A stretch of 60,541 nt of DNA from an uncultured Chlorobiales bacterium (GTDB lineage Bacteria > Bacteroidota > Chlorobiia > Chlorobiales > Thermochlorobacteraceae), in contig CALKXI010000053.1 of assembly GCA_938003965.1 (NCBI GenBank), positions 1 through 60,541 of the forward strand. The letters are read 5' to 3'. The notes below the pieces were generated by a model. That model did no database searches. It had not been told where the DNA came from and was given only the letters and a program-made list of their open reading frames with translations. Of the stretch, positions 1-9,335 are shown in pieces (position 1 is the stretch's first letter; each line of letters opens with the position of its first letter). A program made the position numbers and the translations under genes.

Positions 1-1
1 T

Positions 2-232
2 TACATCGCCAGTGAAGCCGAAGAAAAAAGCCTGCCTGATAGTTTGAAGCACAATTTAGATGCGGCAGTTCGAGCGAACATTTACCATGCGGTTCACTTG
101 CTTCAATCTTCTGAGCCTGTCTTAAAGCCAAGAGTAGCGCGCAAGGAACTTCGCATTGTTGGAGCGTATTACGATATTGAAACGGGTCAAGTATCGTTGC
201 TGGATAGTTCTAACAGCATTGTGCTCAAATGA
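2..232 (+). CDS. beta-class carbonic anhydrase, C-terminal fragment (5' end outside window)
   Basis: The frame of the 44..232 ORF stays open to base 2 (YIASEAEEKSLPDS...). The C-terminal ...LRIVGAYYDIETGQVSLL matches the beta-CA C-terminal pattern (hGw.Ydi.tG.v). Only about 77 aa are visible. Confidence 0.55.
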   Translation, partial: YIASEAEEKSLPDSLKHNLDAAVRANIYHAVHLLQSSEPVLKPRVARKELRIVGAYYDIETGQVSLLDSSNSIVLK

Positions 233-1155
233 TTCAATACGATAGCCGATTATGGTTTTCTTTTCTGTTTGATTTTCGGGCGGGTCAAATTCGTCGCCTC
301 TTGCCAAGCATGTTGGTCATGGCGGCGTTCACTGCTGTGGTGTGTTATCTCGATTTCGTAAAGGGTCTCTACAAAATTGAGATTCCGCTCACAGTGCATA
401 CCTTGATGGGCGTGGTGCTGGGGCTTGTGTTGGTTTTTCGCACGAACACGGCATATGAACGCTGGTGGGAAGGACGAAAACTCTTCGGCGCGCTCGTCAA
501 CTCCGCACGCAATCTCGCGATAAAACTCGATGCATATTTAGACCCATCATCTCTTGAAACGCGACACGTTTTCGCATCATGCATTTCCGCTTTTGCTATT
601 CTTTTGCCCAAACACTTGCGCGATGAAATCACCGATTCCGATTTACAGATTCTCGATAACGCTTATCGCAGCACGGTGGCTGACGCGGCACACAAGCCCC
701 TTGCTGTCGTGAAAATCATGACGAACCAAGTTCAAACGCTTCGTGCAGAAAACAAAATTGGAGCAGAGCAGTTTTTAGCAATTTCTCAAAACCTCAACGA
801 ACTTGTCGACGCGCTCGGCGGCATGGAGCGCATTAAAAAAACGCCGATTCCGTTTTCATACTCAATGCTCATCAAACGCTTCATTGCAGGATATGTCTTG
901 TCGCTACCGTTTGGACTGATTCATGATTTCCGATGGGCGGCAGTGGTGATTGTGCCGTTTATCTTCTATGTGATGGTTGGCATTGAGTTTATTGCCGAAA
1001 GAATTGAAAACCCATTCGGAACAGATGAAGACGACTTGCCGACGGACGACATTGCACAGAACATTGCGCGCAATGTCAAAGAAATTTTGCACTCCGCTTA
1101 TGGCGAACCCATTGAAGAAAAAATCGAGGGCGAAATTTTTTCCGCAAAGAAGTGA
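229..1155 (+). CDS. bestrophin-family (UPF0187/YneE-like) anion channel
   Basis: 308 aa. Family signature RTNTAYERWWEGRKLFG follows two N-terminal TM helices. The ATG overlaps the upstream stop (ATGA at 229-232). Confidence 0.8.
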   Translation: MIQYDSRLWFSFLFDFRAGQIRRLLPSMLVMAAFTAVVCYLDFVKGLYKIEIPLTVHTLMGVVLGLVLVFRTNTAYERWWEGRKLFGALVNSARNLAIKLDAYLDPSSLETRHVFASCISAFAILLPKHLRDEITDSDLQILDNAYRSTVADAAHKPLAVVKIMTNQVQTLRAENKIGAEQFLAISQNLNELVDALGGMERIKKTPIPFSYSMLIKRFIAGYVLSLPFGLIHDFRWAAVVIVPFIFYVMVGIEFIAERIENPFGTDEDDLPTDDIAQNIARNVKEILHSAYGEPIEEKIEGEIFSAKK

Positions 1156-1204
1156 GTTCTTTTGAGAGACTCAAAAATTTGCGCGAACCTTTAATCACCA
1201 ACTT

Positions 1205-2473
1205 GTGACAGCTTCTTCTGACACATCTCCCAAACACGAATGGCTCTTGCTTTTTGTCTTAGTTGCGGTCCAGTTCACACACGTATTGGACTTCGTCATA
1301 ATGATGCCGCTCGGACCGCAACTGATGCGCGTCTTCGAGATTTCCCCACAAGAATTTGGCTTCATCGTTTCAGCATACACATTCAGCGCAGGCATTACAG
1401 GATTTTTAAGTGCCTTTTTCATCGATAAATTTGATAGACGCACCGCACTTTTATTTCTCTATTCAGGCTTTACGATTGGCACATTTCTCTGCGGAATTGC
1501 GCCGACCTATCTCACGCTTGTGCTTGCGCGGATTGTAGCAGGCGGATTTGGCGGCGTGCTCGGCGCGCTTATCTTCGCCGTCATTGGCGACTGCATTCCC
1601 GAAGAACGACGTGGCGCGGCAACCGGCACCGTTATGAGTGCCTTCTCGATTGCCTCCGTTGCCGGCGTGCCGATTGGGCTGTATCTCGCCAATCACTTTG
1701 GGTGGCATTTTCCTTTTTTTATGCTCGCCGCGTTGAGTGCAGTTGCGCTTACGCTTGCCTACAAAGAACTGCCAAGCATGCGCGGACATCTTCAAACCCA
1801 CGCCTCACACGAAACGCCATTGGAAGCCATTCAAAAACTTTACGCGCTTGTCTCTACGCCGAATCACCGAAACGCACTCTTGTTTATGATGCTCTTGATG
1901 GTGGGCGGATTTACCGTCATTCCTTACATCAGTCCGTATTTTGTGGCGAATGTAGGCATGAGCGAATCGGAGTTGCCCTTGATTTACTTTTTTGGCGGCG
2001 CGGCAACCATTTTTACCTCGCGCTTTGTTGGACATCTTGCGGATAGATTCGGCAAAGCCAAAGTCTTCACGTTCATGTCGCTTAGTTCAATCGCCGTGAT
2101 TTATGCGATTACTAATGTGCCGCAAGTGCCGCTCGTGCTTGCATTGATGATTACAACGCTGTTTATGATTACGATGAATGGACGATTAGTGCCGGCAGTT
2201 GCGCTTGTAACATCGAGCGTTGAACCGAAGTCGCGCGGAAGTTTTATGAGCATTAATTCCTCGGCGCAACAACTTGCGTCAGGTGCATCGAGTTTTGTGG
2301 CAGGATTGATTGTCGGCAAAGCGGCGGACGGAACCATGACAAACTACCACCTTGTTGGCTTGCTTGCGATTGGCGCAACGATTCTCTGCCTGTTTTTAGT
2401 TCAGCGTATTCGTCTGATTGAAGAGGTAGGAAAAGTGCCTGTTCAGGAGACGGCTCTACTCAAAGATGTATAA
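1205..2473 (+). CDS. MFS transporter
   Basis: 422 aa with about 12 hydrophobic segments. MFS motif-A-like FIDKFDRR lies after TM2. GTG start. Confidence 0.8.
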   Translation: MTASSDTSPKHEWLLLFVLVAVQFTHVLDFVIMMPLGPQLMRVFEISPQEFGFIVSAYTFSAGITGFLSAFFIDKFDRRTALLFLYSGFTIGTFLCGIAPTYLTLVLARIVAGGFGGVLGALIFAVIGDCIPEERRGAATGTVMSAFSIASVAGVPIGLYLANHFGWHFPFFMLAALSAVALTLAYKELPSMRGHLQTHASHETPLEAIQKLYALVSTPNHRNALLFMMLLMVGGFTVIPYISPYFVANVGMSESELPLIYFFGGAATIFTSRFVGHLADRFGKAKVFTFMSLSSIAVIYAITNVPQVPLVLALMITTLFMITMNGRLVPAVALVTSSVEPKSRGSFMSINSSAQQLASGASSFVAGLIVGKAADGTMTNYHLVGLLAIGATILCLFLVQRIRLIEEVGKVPVQETALLKDV

Positions 2474-2527
2474 TCAAGTGCCGCTTTTGTGTTCCGCATT
2501 TGCTCACTTCCTTCGAAAACGCCTCTT

Positions 2528-3136
2528 TCATCGCTTTTCCACTAACGCCAACCCTTCATCAAGCCGTTTTTGATTGAGATACTCGAGCGAAATCGTCGGC
2601 GGTTTCTTTCCAATCTTGACCAGTGCCAAGAGAATTTCATCGCCATTGAGAAAGCGATAAACGATTTTTCCTGTTGATTCTGTAATCATTGACTTGAGAG
2701 CATATTGCGCACAGATAAGGCTATCGAGCCGTTTGAACTGTTCATCGGTTTTTTCATTGCCCTCAAAGACAACCTGCGCAAAATACAATCCGATGGAATT
2801 GAGCGAATCGGCGCGGACGGAATCGCCAAAGGCAAACGCCCATGTGGCAACGCGCATACCGTAAAGCATGCCGCCTTTGAAATGGAGTTCAGGCGTTACG
2901 AATGTTTTTTCGTGCTGAGAATCCGTGCGAATGTTTTCGCGTGCAAGCATGGTTTGAATAATCGCGGTTTTGCGCGTTCCCCACTTGAAAAAGAGTTCTC
3001 CGCCAAATGCGCCCGGGAGTTCCTTTTTGGTGTCTTGCACTATCTCGACGTTGCGCGTTTTGCAGGCGGCAAGTGCATGCAAGAGCACTGTGAGCGTCAG
3101 GGCAAGTTGCGCCCAGCGAGCAAGCGTTGGGTTCAT
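2528..3136 (-). CDS. hypothetical lipoprotein
   Basis: 202 aa. Signal peptide with a lipobox-like LHALAAC. Starts 3 nt after the stop of the upstream M28 peptidase gene, so they are probably co-transcribed. Confidence 0.55.
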   Translation of the reverse strand: MNPTLARWAQLALTLTVLLHALAACKTRNVEIVQDTKKELPGAFGGELFFKWGTRKTAIIQTMLARENIRTDSQHEKTFVTPELHFKGGMLYGMRVATWAFAFGDSVRADSLNSIGLYFAQVVFEGNEKTDEQFKRLDSLICAQYALKSMITESTGKIVYRFLNGDEILLALVKIGKKPPTISLEYLNQKRLDEGLALVEKR

Positions 3137-3139
3137 CGG

Positions 3140-4618
3140 CTACTTTGCATAAAGTTTTTTTCCGACAGGTTCATACTTATCGCCCGATTTCCACTGCGGT
3201 GCAGAAGGATTATCGGCAATGCGCCGCGCCGCATGAATAAAGGCTTTGACGAAGCGATGAAGATAAGCGAAGTCGAAATTCTCGTCGGCTTGGTCGGCGG
3301 CTTGATGATAAAACTTGTTAATCGCATCATCGAAGGCGCGAAAGCCAGGGCTGAAGGTCGGTGCCGGAATGCCCTTGCGCGCAAAACTGACGTTGTCGGA
3401 ACGGTCGAAGAGATTTTGTTCGGGTGCGGGGTCTTGAACCGCACCAAGCCCAAGTGCTTTGCATGCCTCGAGAATATCTGGTTCTGCGGTTGTGCGTTCT
3501 AATCCGATAACCGTAACAATGCTGGTGTCGTTATAGCCTGCGCCGTCGATGTTAAGGTTAAACACGGTTTTATTCAGCGGCACAAGCGGGTGCTCGGCGT
3601 AGTATTGACTGCCAAGCAAGCCCATTTCTTCCCCGGTGCACGCAAGCAGAAGAATACTCCGTTTCGGCGGGGCTTCGCTGAAGATGCGTGCGGCGCAGAG
3701 CAGGGCAGTTGTGCCCATCGCATTGTCGCGTGCGCCGTTGTAAATGGAATCGGTTGAGTTCGGCGTCGATTTAACTCCGATGTGGTCGTAGTGCGCCGAG
3801 AGCAGGACAAATTCCTCTTTCAACTTCGGGTCTGTGCCTTCAATGATTCCGACGACATTGTTTGAAATCACCTTTTGCTCTTTGTATCCATCGGTTTGAA
3901 GCGTGGCGTTAAGGTTCTTTTTCGTTTGAACATCGTTCCTGATTTCCGAGTTATCGTCGTTGAGTAAGATGTGGGTAAATGTGCCCGTCGTTGAAGTGCC
4001 GTCGTCTATCGCTAAACTCCCGCCGCCGAAAAATTGCTTGAGGCTGATAAATGGAAAACTAAATCGGTATAGTTCAATCAACGCAAGCGCGCCCTTGGCT
4101 TTGGCGGCATCTTGTTTTTGCTTGAATGCGCCGAAAAGCGCGCGCGGCGAATCTTCTTCTGACGTGCCGAGACGTGCCACAACAATTTTGCCTTTTGCGT
4201 CAATGCCCTGGTAGTCGTCGCGTCCGCTGGCACTGTCGACAATTCCAAAGCCAACATAAACCAATTTTGCGGAAGCGTTTATTGAGTCGCCTGTGAGCAA
4301 TAGCAGGTCGTCGCTGTTAATGGTTCGGTTGCCGAGTTTAAGCGCGAGCAATTTTGGCGGAATGCGTTTGATGAATGAAATCGGTTGAAAGTAGTTCGGC
4401 GTGATAGGCTTCACGCCATAGCGTTGAAACTGCGTAGCGATGTAGCGCGCGGCGACGTTGTTTCCATGTTCGCCCGTCATTCTCCCTTCTAATTCGTCAG
4501 AAGCAAGAAATTTAATGTGCGCCGAAGGTTCGCCAATCGGAATAGAGTGCTCGGGAAGCGGTTGCGCCGAAAGAAACGAAGCGAAAAGAACAAAATTCAA
4601 AAGAATGATGAATCGCAT
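3140..4618 (-). CDS. M28-family aminopeptidase with PA domain (secreted)
   Basis: M28 metal and catalytic motifs are present (SAHYDH, NGARDNAMGTTALL, TGEEMGLLGS). I moved the start to the internal ATG at 4618 (MRFIILLNFVLFASFLSAQ, a clear signal peptide). The track ORF runs on to 4798. Confidence 0.85.
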   Translation of the reverse strand: MRFIILLNFVLFASFLSAQPLPEHSIPIGEPSAHIKFLASDELEGRMTGEHGNNVAARYIATQFQRYGVKPITPNYFQPISFIKRIPPKLLALKLGNRTINSDDLLLLTGDSINASAKLVYVGFGIVDSASGRDDYQGIDAKGKIVVARLGTSEEDSPRALFGAFKQKQDAAKAKGALALIELYRFSFPFISLKQFFGGGSLAIDDGTSTTGTFTHILLNDDNSEIRNDVQTKKNLNATLQTDGYKEQKVISNNVVGIIEGTDPKLKEEFVLLSAHYDHIGVKSTPNSTDSIYNGARDNAMGTTALLCAARIFSEAPPKRSILLLACTGEEMGLLGSQYYAEHPLVPLNKTVFNLNIDGAGYNDTSIVTVIGLERTTAEPDILEACKALGLGAVQDPAPEQNLFDRSDNVSFARKGIPAPTFSPGFRAFDDAINKFYHQAADQADENFDFAYLHRFVKAFIHAARRIADNPSAPQWKSGDKYEPVGKKLYAK

Positions 4619-4663
4619 AAAACGAAGGTTTGTTAGAAAGCGGAAATATAAATCGCGTGTGAA

Positions 4664-4852
4664 ATGAAAAAAATCAAATGCCCACGATGCTTTCAGACAA
4701 AAACGGAAAAATCCTTCAAGCAAGGCATGTTGCACTATGAGTGGTGCAAGGAGTGTCGCGAAAAGTTTGAGCGCGCGCGTCGCAAACAAATTGAACAAAA
4801 AATTTTATCTGAACTCGCGTCGCTTGGATTGATTCGCAAACGAGACGCATAA
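4664..4852 (+). CDS. small putative zinc-ribbon protein (CPRC...CKEC)
   Basis: 62 aa with two CxxC pairs and a basic C-terminus. Becomes non-overlapping once the peptidase start is moved to 4618. No clear SD and no + strand terminator. Confidence 0.3.
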   Translation: MKKIKCPRCFQTKTEKSFKQGMLHYEWCKECREKFERARRKQIEQKILSELASLGLIRKRDA

Positions 4853-4881
4853 AACAAAAAAGGCGCTCGAGTGAACGCCTT
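4851..4881 (-). terminator. intrinsic terminator downstream of the PAS gene
   Basis: 6-bp stem AAGGCG (4860-4865) / CGCCTT (4876-4881). On the minus strand it is followed by TTTTTGTTTT (complement of 4851-4860). Confidence 0.5.
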
Positions 4882-4915
4882 CTCTGAATATCCTCGAAAA
4901 GATACACATTGACCA

Positions 4916-5341
4916 TTACGCATTGACTACTTCGCCGTGCGGTTTGAGTGCCGATTGAACGCGCTTGTATTCCGTAATGTCGGCAATCGCGGTTACTTTG
5001 CACTTCATTCCATCTTTGACCATCAAGGTTGGCACAACATAAACATTTCGCAGTTCGCCATTCTTACGCACCACGACCCATTCAGCAGGCATTTCGGGCG
5101 CGCCAGCCATAAACGCATCGTGAATGCGAGTGGCTTCAGCGCGATAATGCTCGGGCACAACCATTGAAAAATGCTTGCCAATCAACTCCTCGCGGGTGTA
5201 GCCGTAAAGGTTGAGATAGGCATCATTGACCTCCACATAGTTGCCGTGTTCGTCCGTAACGCAAATCGCCATGCCCATATTTTCAAAAATGGCGGCGCGG
5301 AATTTTTCTTCTGTCGGAAATTCAAATTTGTTCTTGCTCAT
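4916..5341 (-). CDS. stand-alone PAS domain protein
   Basis: 141 aa. Typical PAS S-box run (AIFENMGMAICVTDEHGNYVEVNDAYLNLYGYTREELIGKHFS...). No output domain. Confidence 0.75.
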   Translation of the reverse strand: MSKNKFEFPTEEKFRAAIFENMGMAICVTDEHGNYVEVNDAYLNLYGYTREELIGKHFSMVVPEHYRAEATRIHDAFMAGAPEMPAEWVVVRKNGELRNVYVVPTLMVKDGMKCKVTAIADITEYKRVQSALKPHGEVVNA

Positions 5342-5510
5342 CTTGAATGCCTCCTAATCGTTAGGTGTGTAAATGACGTGTATTGTATAATTTTGAAGTT
5401 AAATTGTCAAAAAAGTTACACATCGCCGGTCATTTTCGCAACGATGATGCGTTTTCTTAGATGCCTTAACAAGCGTCAATAAGCGTGCCGAAGTATTCCG
5501 AAAAGTATCG

Positions 5511-5543
5511 AAAAAAAAGACTCGGCTGCCCTATAGCCGAGTC
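5511..5543 (-). terminator. strong intrinsic terminator about 175 nt downstream of pyrD
   Basis: Perfect 9-bp stem GACTCGGCT (5519-5527) / AGCCGAGTC (5535-5543) with a 7-nt loop. On the minus strand it is followed by eight T (complement of A8 at 5511-5518). Confidence 0.8.
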
Positions 5544-5717
5544 CCTCTATCAACAAAACAACAAAGGAGGCTCTGATAAGCAGGGATCAGAGTCTTTGGT
5601 GTGAGAAAGAACAAATTGTACCTGAACTGATGCAAATATACGGTAGCCGCTAAGCAGAGTTTCATTAACAGGGTGTAAAATTTCTTTCTCACTACGAATC
5701 TTCATCAATCTGTAAAG

Positions 5718-6656
5718 TTAAATTTCAAGCGACCCGATAAAATTTTTGAAAGCAACACCATTTTCGGTAGAAAAATAATGCTCAATTTGTTCGGCAAGGG
5801 TTGCGCCAATGTTCGGCGAGACGAAATTCATCGTTCCAACTTGCACAGCACTTGCCCCAACGAGAAAAAATTCCATCGCGTCCTCGAAATTGGTGATGCC
5901 GCCCATGCCGACAATCGGAATTTTAACGGCGTTATAGACTTCCCAAACCTTCGCAAGCGCAATCGGCTTAATGGCAGGACCGGAAAGCCCGCCCGTTACA
6001 TTTTTCAGCAAGGGTTTGCGCGTTTTGTAATTGACTGCCATTCCAACAACCGTGTTAATCAGTGAAACGGAATCTGCGCCGCCGCGCTCTGCCGCAAGGG
6101 CAATCGTAGCAATAGAGGTTACATTCGGCGTGAGTTTTATCATCAAATGCCGATTCGTGCATTTTCGAAGTTCGCTTGTGATTTCAAATGTGGCGCGCTC
6201 ATCGACGCCGAAAATGATGCACTCGCCTTTCACATTCGGACAAGAAAGATTGATTTCATAGCCGCTAATGCCTTCCACATCTTCCAAGCGACGCACGACC
6301 TCGCAATAGTCATCAACAGACTTACCCACAATGTTGACAACGGTGTGAAATTGTTGCGCACGCAAGAATGGCATTTTTTCCTCGATGAATTTTTCAACGC
6401 CGACATTGGCAAGCCCAATCGCGTTGAGCATTCCTGCTGGTGTTTCAACAATGCGTTGCGGCAAATTGCCTTCGCGCACCTCGAGCGAAATGGCTTTGGT
6501 AACAATCCCACCAAGTTTGGAAAGGTCAGTGAGTTTGGAGAGTTCTTCGCCGTAAGAGACCGTTCCGCTTGCAAGCAGAACAGGATTTTTGAGGTCAAGT
6601 CCGCGCCCCAGCGAAATGGACGCAGGGCGAATTTCGGTGAGTTGCGTCGTCAGCAT
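5718..6656 (-). CDS. pyrD: dihydroorotate dehydrogenase (class 1, catalytic subunit)
   Basis: 312 aa. Motifs LLASGTVSYG, NLSCPNVKG, GGLSGPAIKPIAL, GMGGI. Confidence 0.9.
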   Translation of the reverse strand: MLTTQLTEIRPASISLGRGLDLKNPVLLASGTVSYGEELSKLTDLSKLGGIVTKAISLEVREGNLPQRIVETPAGMLNAIGLANVGVEKFIEEKMPFLRAQQFHTVVNIVGKSVDDYCEVVRRLEDVEGISGYEINLSCPNVKGECIIFGVDERATFEITSELRKCTNRHLMIKLTPNVTSIATIALAAERGGADSVSLINTVVGMAVNYKTRKPLLKNVTGGLSGPAIKPIALAKVWEVYNAVKIPIVGMGGITNFEDAMEFFLVGASAVQVGTMNFVSPNIGATLAEQIEHYFSTENGVAFKNFIGSLEI

Positions 6657-6684
6657 GTTCGAGAAGTGTTGTCTGAAAAAATAA

Positions 6685-8517
6685 TCAACTTGGTTGTTTC
6701 AAGCGGCGCAATTCTTCGCGAGCCGATTTTACCAAAAAACTGCGCGGATAATCTTTGATAAGTTGTTCAAAATACGCAATGGCTTTGTCGCGATTTTTCA
6801 AAATTTTTTCAGCAAGAATTCCAAGCCGAAAAAGCGATTTATCGGCGTAATAACTTTTCGGATACGCGCCTAAAAGTTGCTCATAAGTTTCCAATGCACG
6901 ATTAGGCGCAAGCATTTCCTCAACCGTTCCTTTTTTGAAGAGCACATCGTCGGTGAGAATTGAGCCGCCAAAGTCGCTCAGCCACTGTTTGATGGATTCG
7001 AGCGCGACCGTGTGTTTTTGTTGCGCAAGTTGTTTTTCAATGAGCGCGAAGCGTCGGAGTGCATCGAGGGCTTTGGGATTTTTAAGCGTATCGCCAAGTC
7101 CTTTCAAAATGGCGAGGCGTTGAAGAAGCGCGTCGTTACTGGCTTCGCGAGGCGATTCGATTTCAGAAAAGCGTTTAAGGGCTTCGTCAAAGTTGGCGTC
7201 GTAGTAGGCAAGTTGTCCGAGCAAGAGCGCAGCATCGGCTTTAAGGCGCGGCGTTAAGAACGGACGATTAAGCATCGCGTTCAAGGTTTCGCGTGCCTCT
7301 GAAAAATTATCTTGTGCGAAAAAAACTTGTGCCAAAAGCAATTCAGCGCGGCGTAGCGTAGGCGCGTCGGGGTGGCGTTGAGCGAGTTGCTCGATTGTGA
7401 ATTTGGCGTCGGAAGGGGATTTCAAAATTTGAAACTGCAATTCGGCAACGCTCAAAAGGGCTTCGGGCGATTCAGGCGATTGGCGGTAGGTGTTGGCGTA
7501 ATCTTTGTAAGCAAGAATGGCATCGGTGGCTTTCTGAACTTGATTTTCTGAGGCTTGTCGGGCTTCGGCTTCCAAGACGCGCGCAAGTCCTAACTTGCCC
7601 ATTTGAATGGCGTGCACACTGGCGTCCATTGCAATGGCGGTCTGAAAGGCTTTTCGTGCGGCAGGCAAAGCATTTTGAGCCAATGCCGATTGCGCAAAAG
7701 CAATGAGTTGTCCGCCGCCTGCATTGAGTTCGCGGTCGCGATAAAGGGCTTCGCTATAAGCACTATCAAAATCGCCAAGTTCCATGTAAAGCGAGAGCAG
7801 AAGTTGCGAGATAAGTTGGCGCGGCAAATCTTGATACTTCGTTTTTTCTTTCTCAATGACTTTGATGGTTTCACGAAGCAAGTCGGGGTTTGATTTTTGA
7901 GCGTAGCTGGAAATTTGCGCGCGAATGCGTTGGAAGTCAGGCATATCGGAGTCGAGCAGTTTGAGGTATTCGCGCGTGGCGTCGCTGTAGCGATTGAGAA
8001 ACAGAAAGGCATCGGCAAGGTCTTCGGCAAAGAGCATGTCGGCGCGCTCGATTAAGCCGCGCAATTTTTGACGCGATTCAAGCACAACTTTCGCAACGCG
8101 CTCGGTCATGCGTTCCTTTTTCAGCGCAAGAATAATTGAGGCAAATTCGGGAATATCCTTTGCGCGTGAAATGAGTTGTTGGAGTGCGTCGTCGCCTTTT
8201 TTGCTATCGCCTTTGGCATAATAGCACTGCATTAGCATCAGTAGCATGGCGTCGCGATTTTCCTTGCGGTCTAATTCTTTCGTGATGAGCGCGATGGCTT
8301 TGTCGTATTGGCGCGATTCGTAGAGCGAGATGCGCAGGCGGTCGAAGTAAAGTTGAGAAGAGGGATTTTGTTCGTAAAGTTTTTGAAATCGCTCGGCGGC
8401 TTGTTCGTAATTTTGCGCTTGAAAGAAACTTTCGGCAAGTTGGTAATCGCCACGATTTTGCGCGTTCAGCATTGGCGCAATCAAGAGAAGTCCAATCAGT
8501 ATTCGTTTCATTCGCAA
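6685..8517 (-). CDS. secreted TPR-repeat protein
   Basis: 610 aa. Signal peptide MRMKRILIGLLLIAPMLNAQ. Repeated TPR-like A/Y/L patterns throughout. Confidence 0.7.
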   Translation of the reverse strand: MRMKRILIGLLLIAPMLNAQNRGDYQLAESFFQAQNYEQAAERFQKLYEQNPSSQLYFDRLRISLYESRQYDKAIALITKELDRKENRDAMLLMLMQCYYAKGDSKKGDDALQQLISRAKDIPEFASIILALKKERMTERVAKVVLESRQKLRGLIERADMLFAEDLADAFLFLNRYSDATREYLKLLDSDMPDFQRIRAQISSYAQKSNPDLLRETIKVIEKEKTKYQDLPRQLISQLLLSLYMELGDFDSAYSEALYRDRELNAGGGQLIAFAQSALAQNALPAARKAFQTAIAMDASVHAIQMGKLGLARVLEAEARQASENQVQKATDAILAYKDYANTYRQSPESPEALLSVAELQFQILKSPSDAKFTIEQLAQRHPDAPTLRRAELLLAQVFFAQDNFSEARETLNAMLNRPFLTPRLKADAALLLGQLAYYDANFDEALKRFSEIESPREASNDALLQRLAILKGLGDTLKNPKALDALRRFALIEKQLAQQKHTVALESIKQWLSDFGGSILTDDVLFKKGTVEEMLAPNRALETYEQLLGAYPKSYYADKSLFRLGILAEKILKNRDKAIAYFEQLIKDYPRSFLVKSAREELRRLKQPS

Positions 8518-8533
8518 TTCAATTCAGAGTTAC

Positions 8534-9325
8534 ATGACGGTTCATTTTACGAAAATGTCGGGTGCGGGCAATGATTTTATCATGATTGATAACCGCGCCG
8601 AAAAGCGCACGTTTTCTGAAGCACAAATCGCCAAGTGGTGCAAGCGCGGCACAGGCATTGGCGCAGACGGCTTGATTTTACTGGAAGAATCAGACCGTTA
8701 CGACTTTTCCATGCGCTACTACAACGCCGACGGAAAACTTGGCTCAATGTGCGGCAACGGCGGACGGTGCATTACGCGGTTTGCACAACACTCCGGCATC
8801 AATAAAACACAATTTACATTTGAAGCCAATGGCGAAACTTATCACGCCGAAATTTTGCCTGACCGTCGAGTCAAACTCCAAATGACGCCGCCGAAAGCAT
8901 TTCGCGACAGGTTCATCGCCGAAGGTTACGAAACTTATTTCATCAATACAGGCTCACCACACGCGATTGTCTATGTTCAAGATGTTGAACAGGTTGATGT
9001 GTTTAACGAGGGCAGAAAAATTCGCACCAACGCACAACACTTTCCCGAAGGCACAAATGTGAATTTTCTCAGTGTGATTGCGCCTGATGCGATTCGGATT
9101 CGCACCTTTGAGCGCGGCGTCGAAAATGAAACGCTGGCGTGCGGAACAGGCTGTGTGGCGTCGGCGGTGGTGAGTTATCGTTTAGGAAAAATCAGCGCGA
9201 AAACGGTAACGCTGCATGTGCAAAGTGGTGAGCAGGTGCAAGTCGAATTCGACGACGCTTTTCAAGATGTGTATTTAATCGGCTCTGCCGAAATTGTCTT
9301 TGAAGGTCGCATCGAAATGCCTTGA
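8534..9325 (+). CDS. dapF: diaminopimelate epimerase
   Basis: 263 aa. MSGAGNDFIMIDN and the catalytic Cys contexts MCGNGGRC and ACGTG. Confidence 0.9.
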   Translation: MTVHFTKMSGAGNDFIMIDNRAEKRTFSEAQIAKWCKRGTGIGADGLILLEESDRYDFSMRYYNADGKLGSMCGNGGRCITRFAQHSGINKTQFTFEANGETYHAEILPDRRVKLQMTPPKAFRDRFIAEGYETYFINTGSPHAIVYVQDVEQVDVFNEGRKIRTNAQHFPEGTNVNFLSVIAPDAIRIRTFERGVENETLACGTGCVASAVVSYRLGKISAKTVTLHVQSGEQVQVEFDDAFQDVYLIGSAEIVFEGRIEMP

Positions 9326-9335
9326 TTGCTCATGA

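Noticed and set aside
2705-3502. Long alternative-frame or antisense ORFs from the track. Examples are 2705-3502, 6147-6758, 22875-23414, 26008-26502, 31691-32209, 32933-33463, 34546-35139, 40576-41136, 45973-46608, 47123-47617 and 54495-55007.
   Set aside because: Each lies entirely within, or antisense to, a gene with clear family motifs. Their translations are Arg/Cys/His-rich or low-complexity with no recognisable motif. These are typical shadow ORFs.
4619-4798. N-terminal extensions of several track ORFs: 3140-4798, 12528-12632, 19861-20043, 38518-38634, 40302-40397, 41200-41223, 53482-53595 and 55961-56044.
   Set aside because: Internal ATGs give canonical N-termini (signal peptides, or HU, ArgR, AccB and DUF2237 family starts). 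The extensions overlap neighbouring genes or promoters and have non-protein-like sequence.
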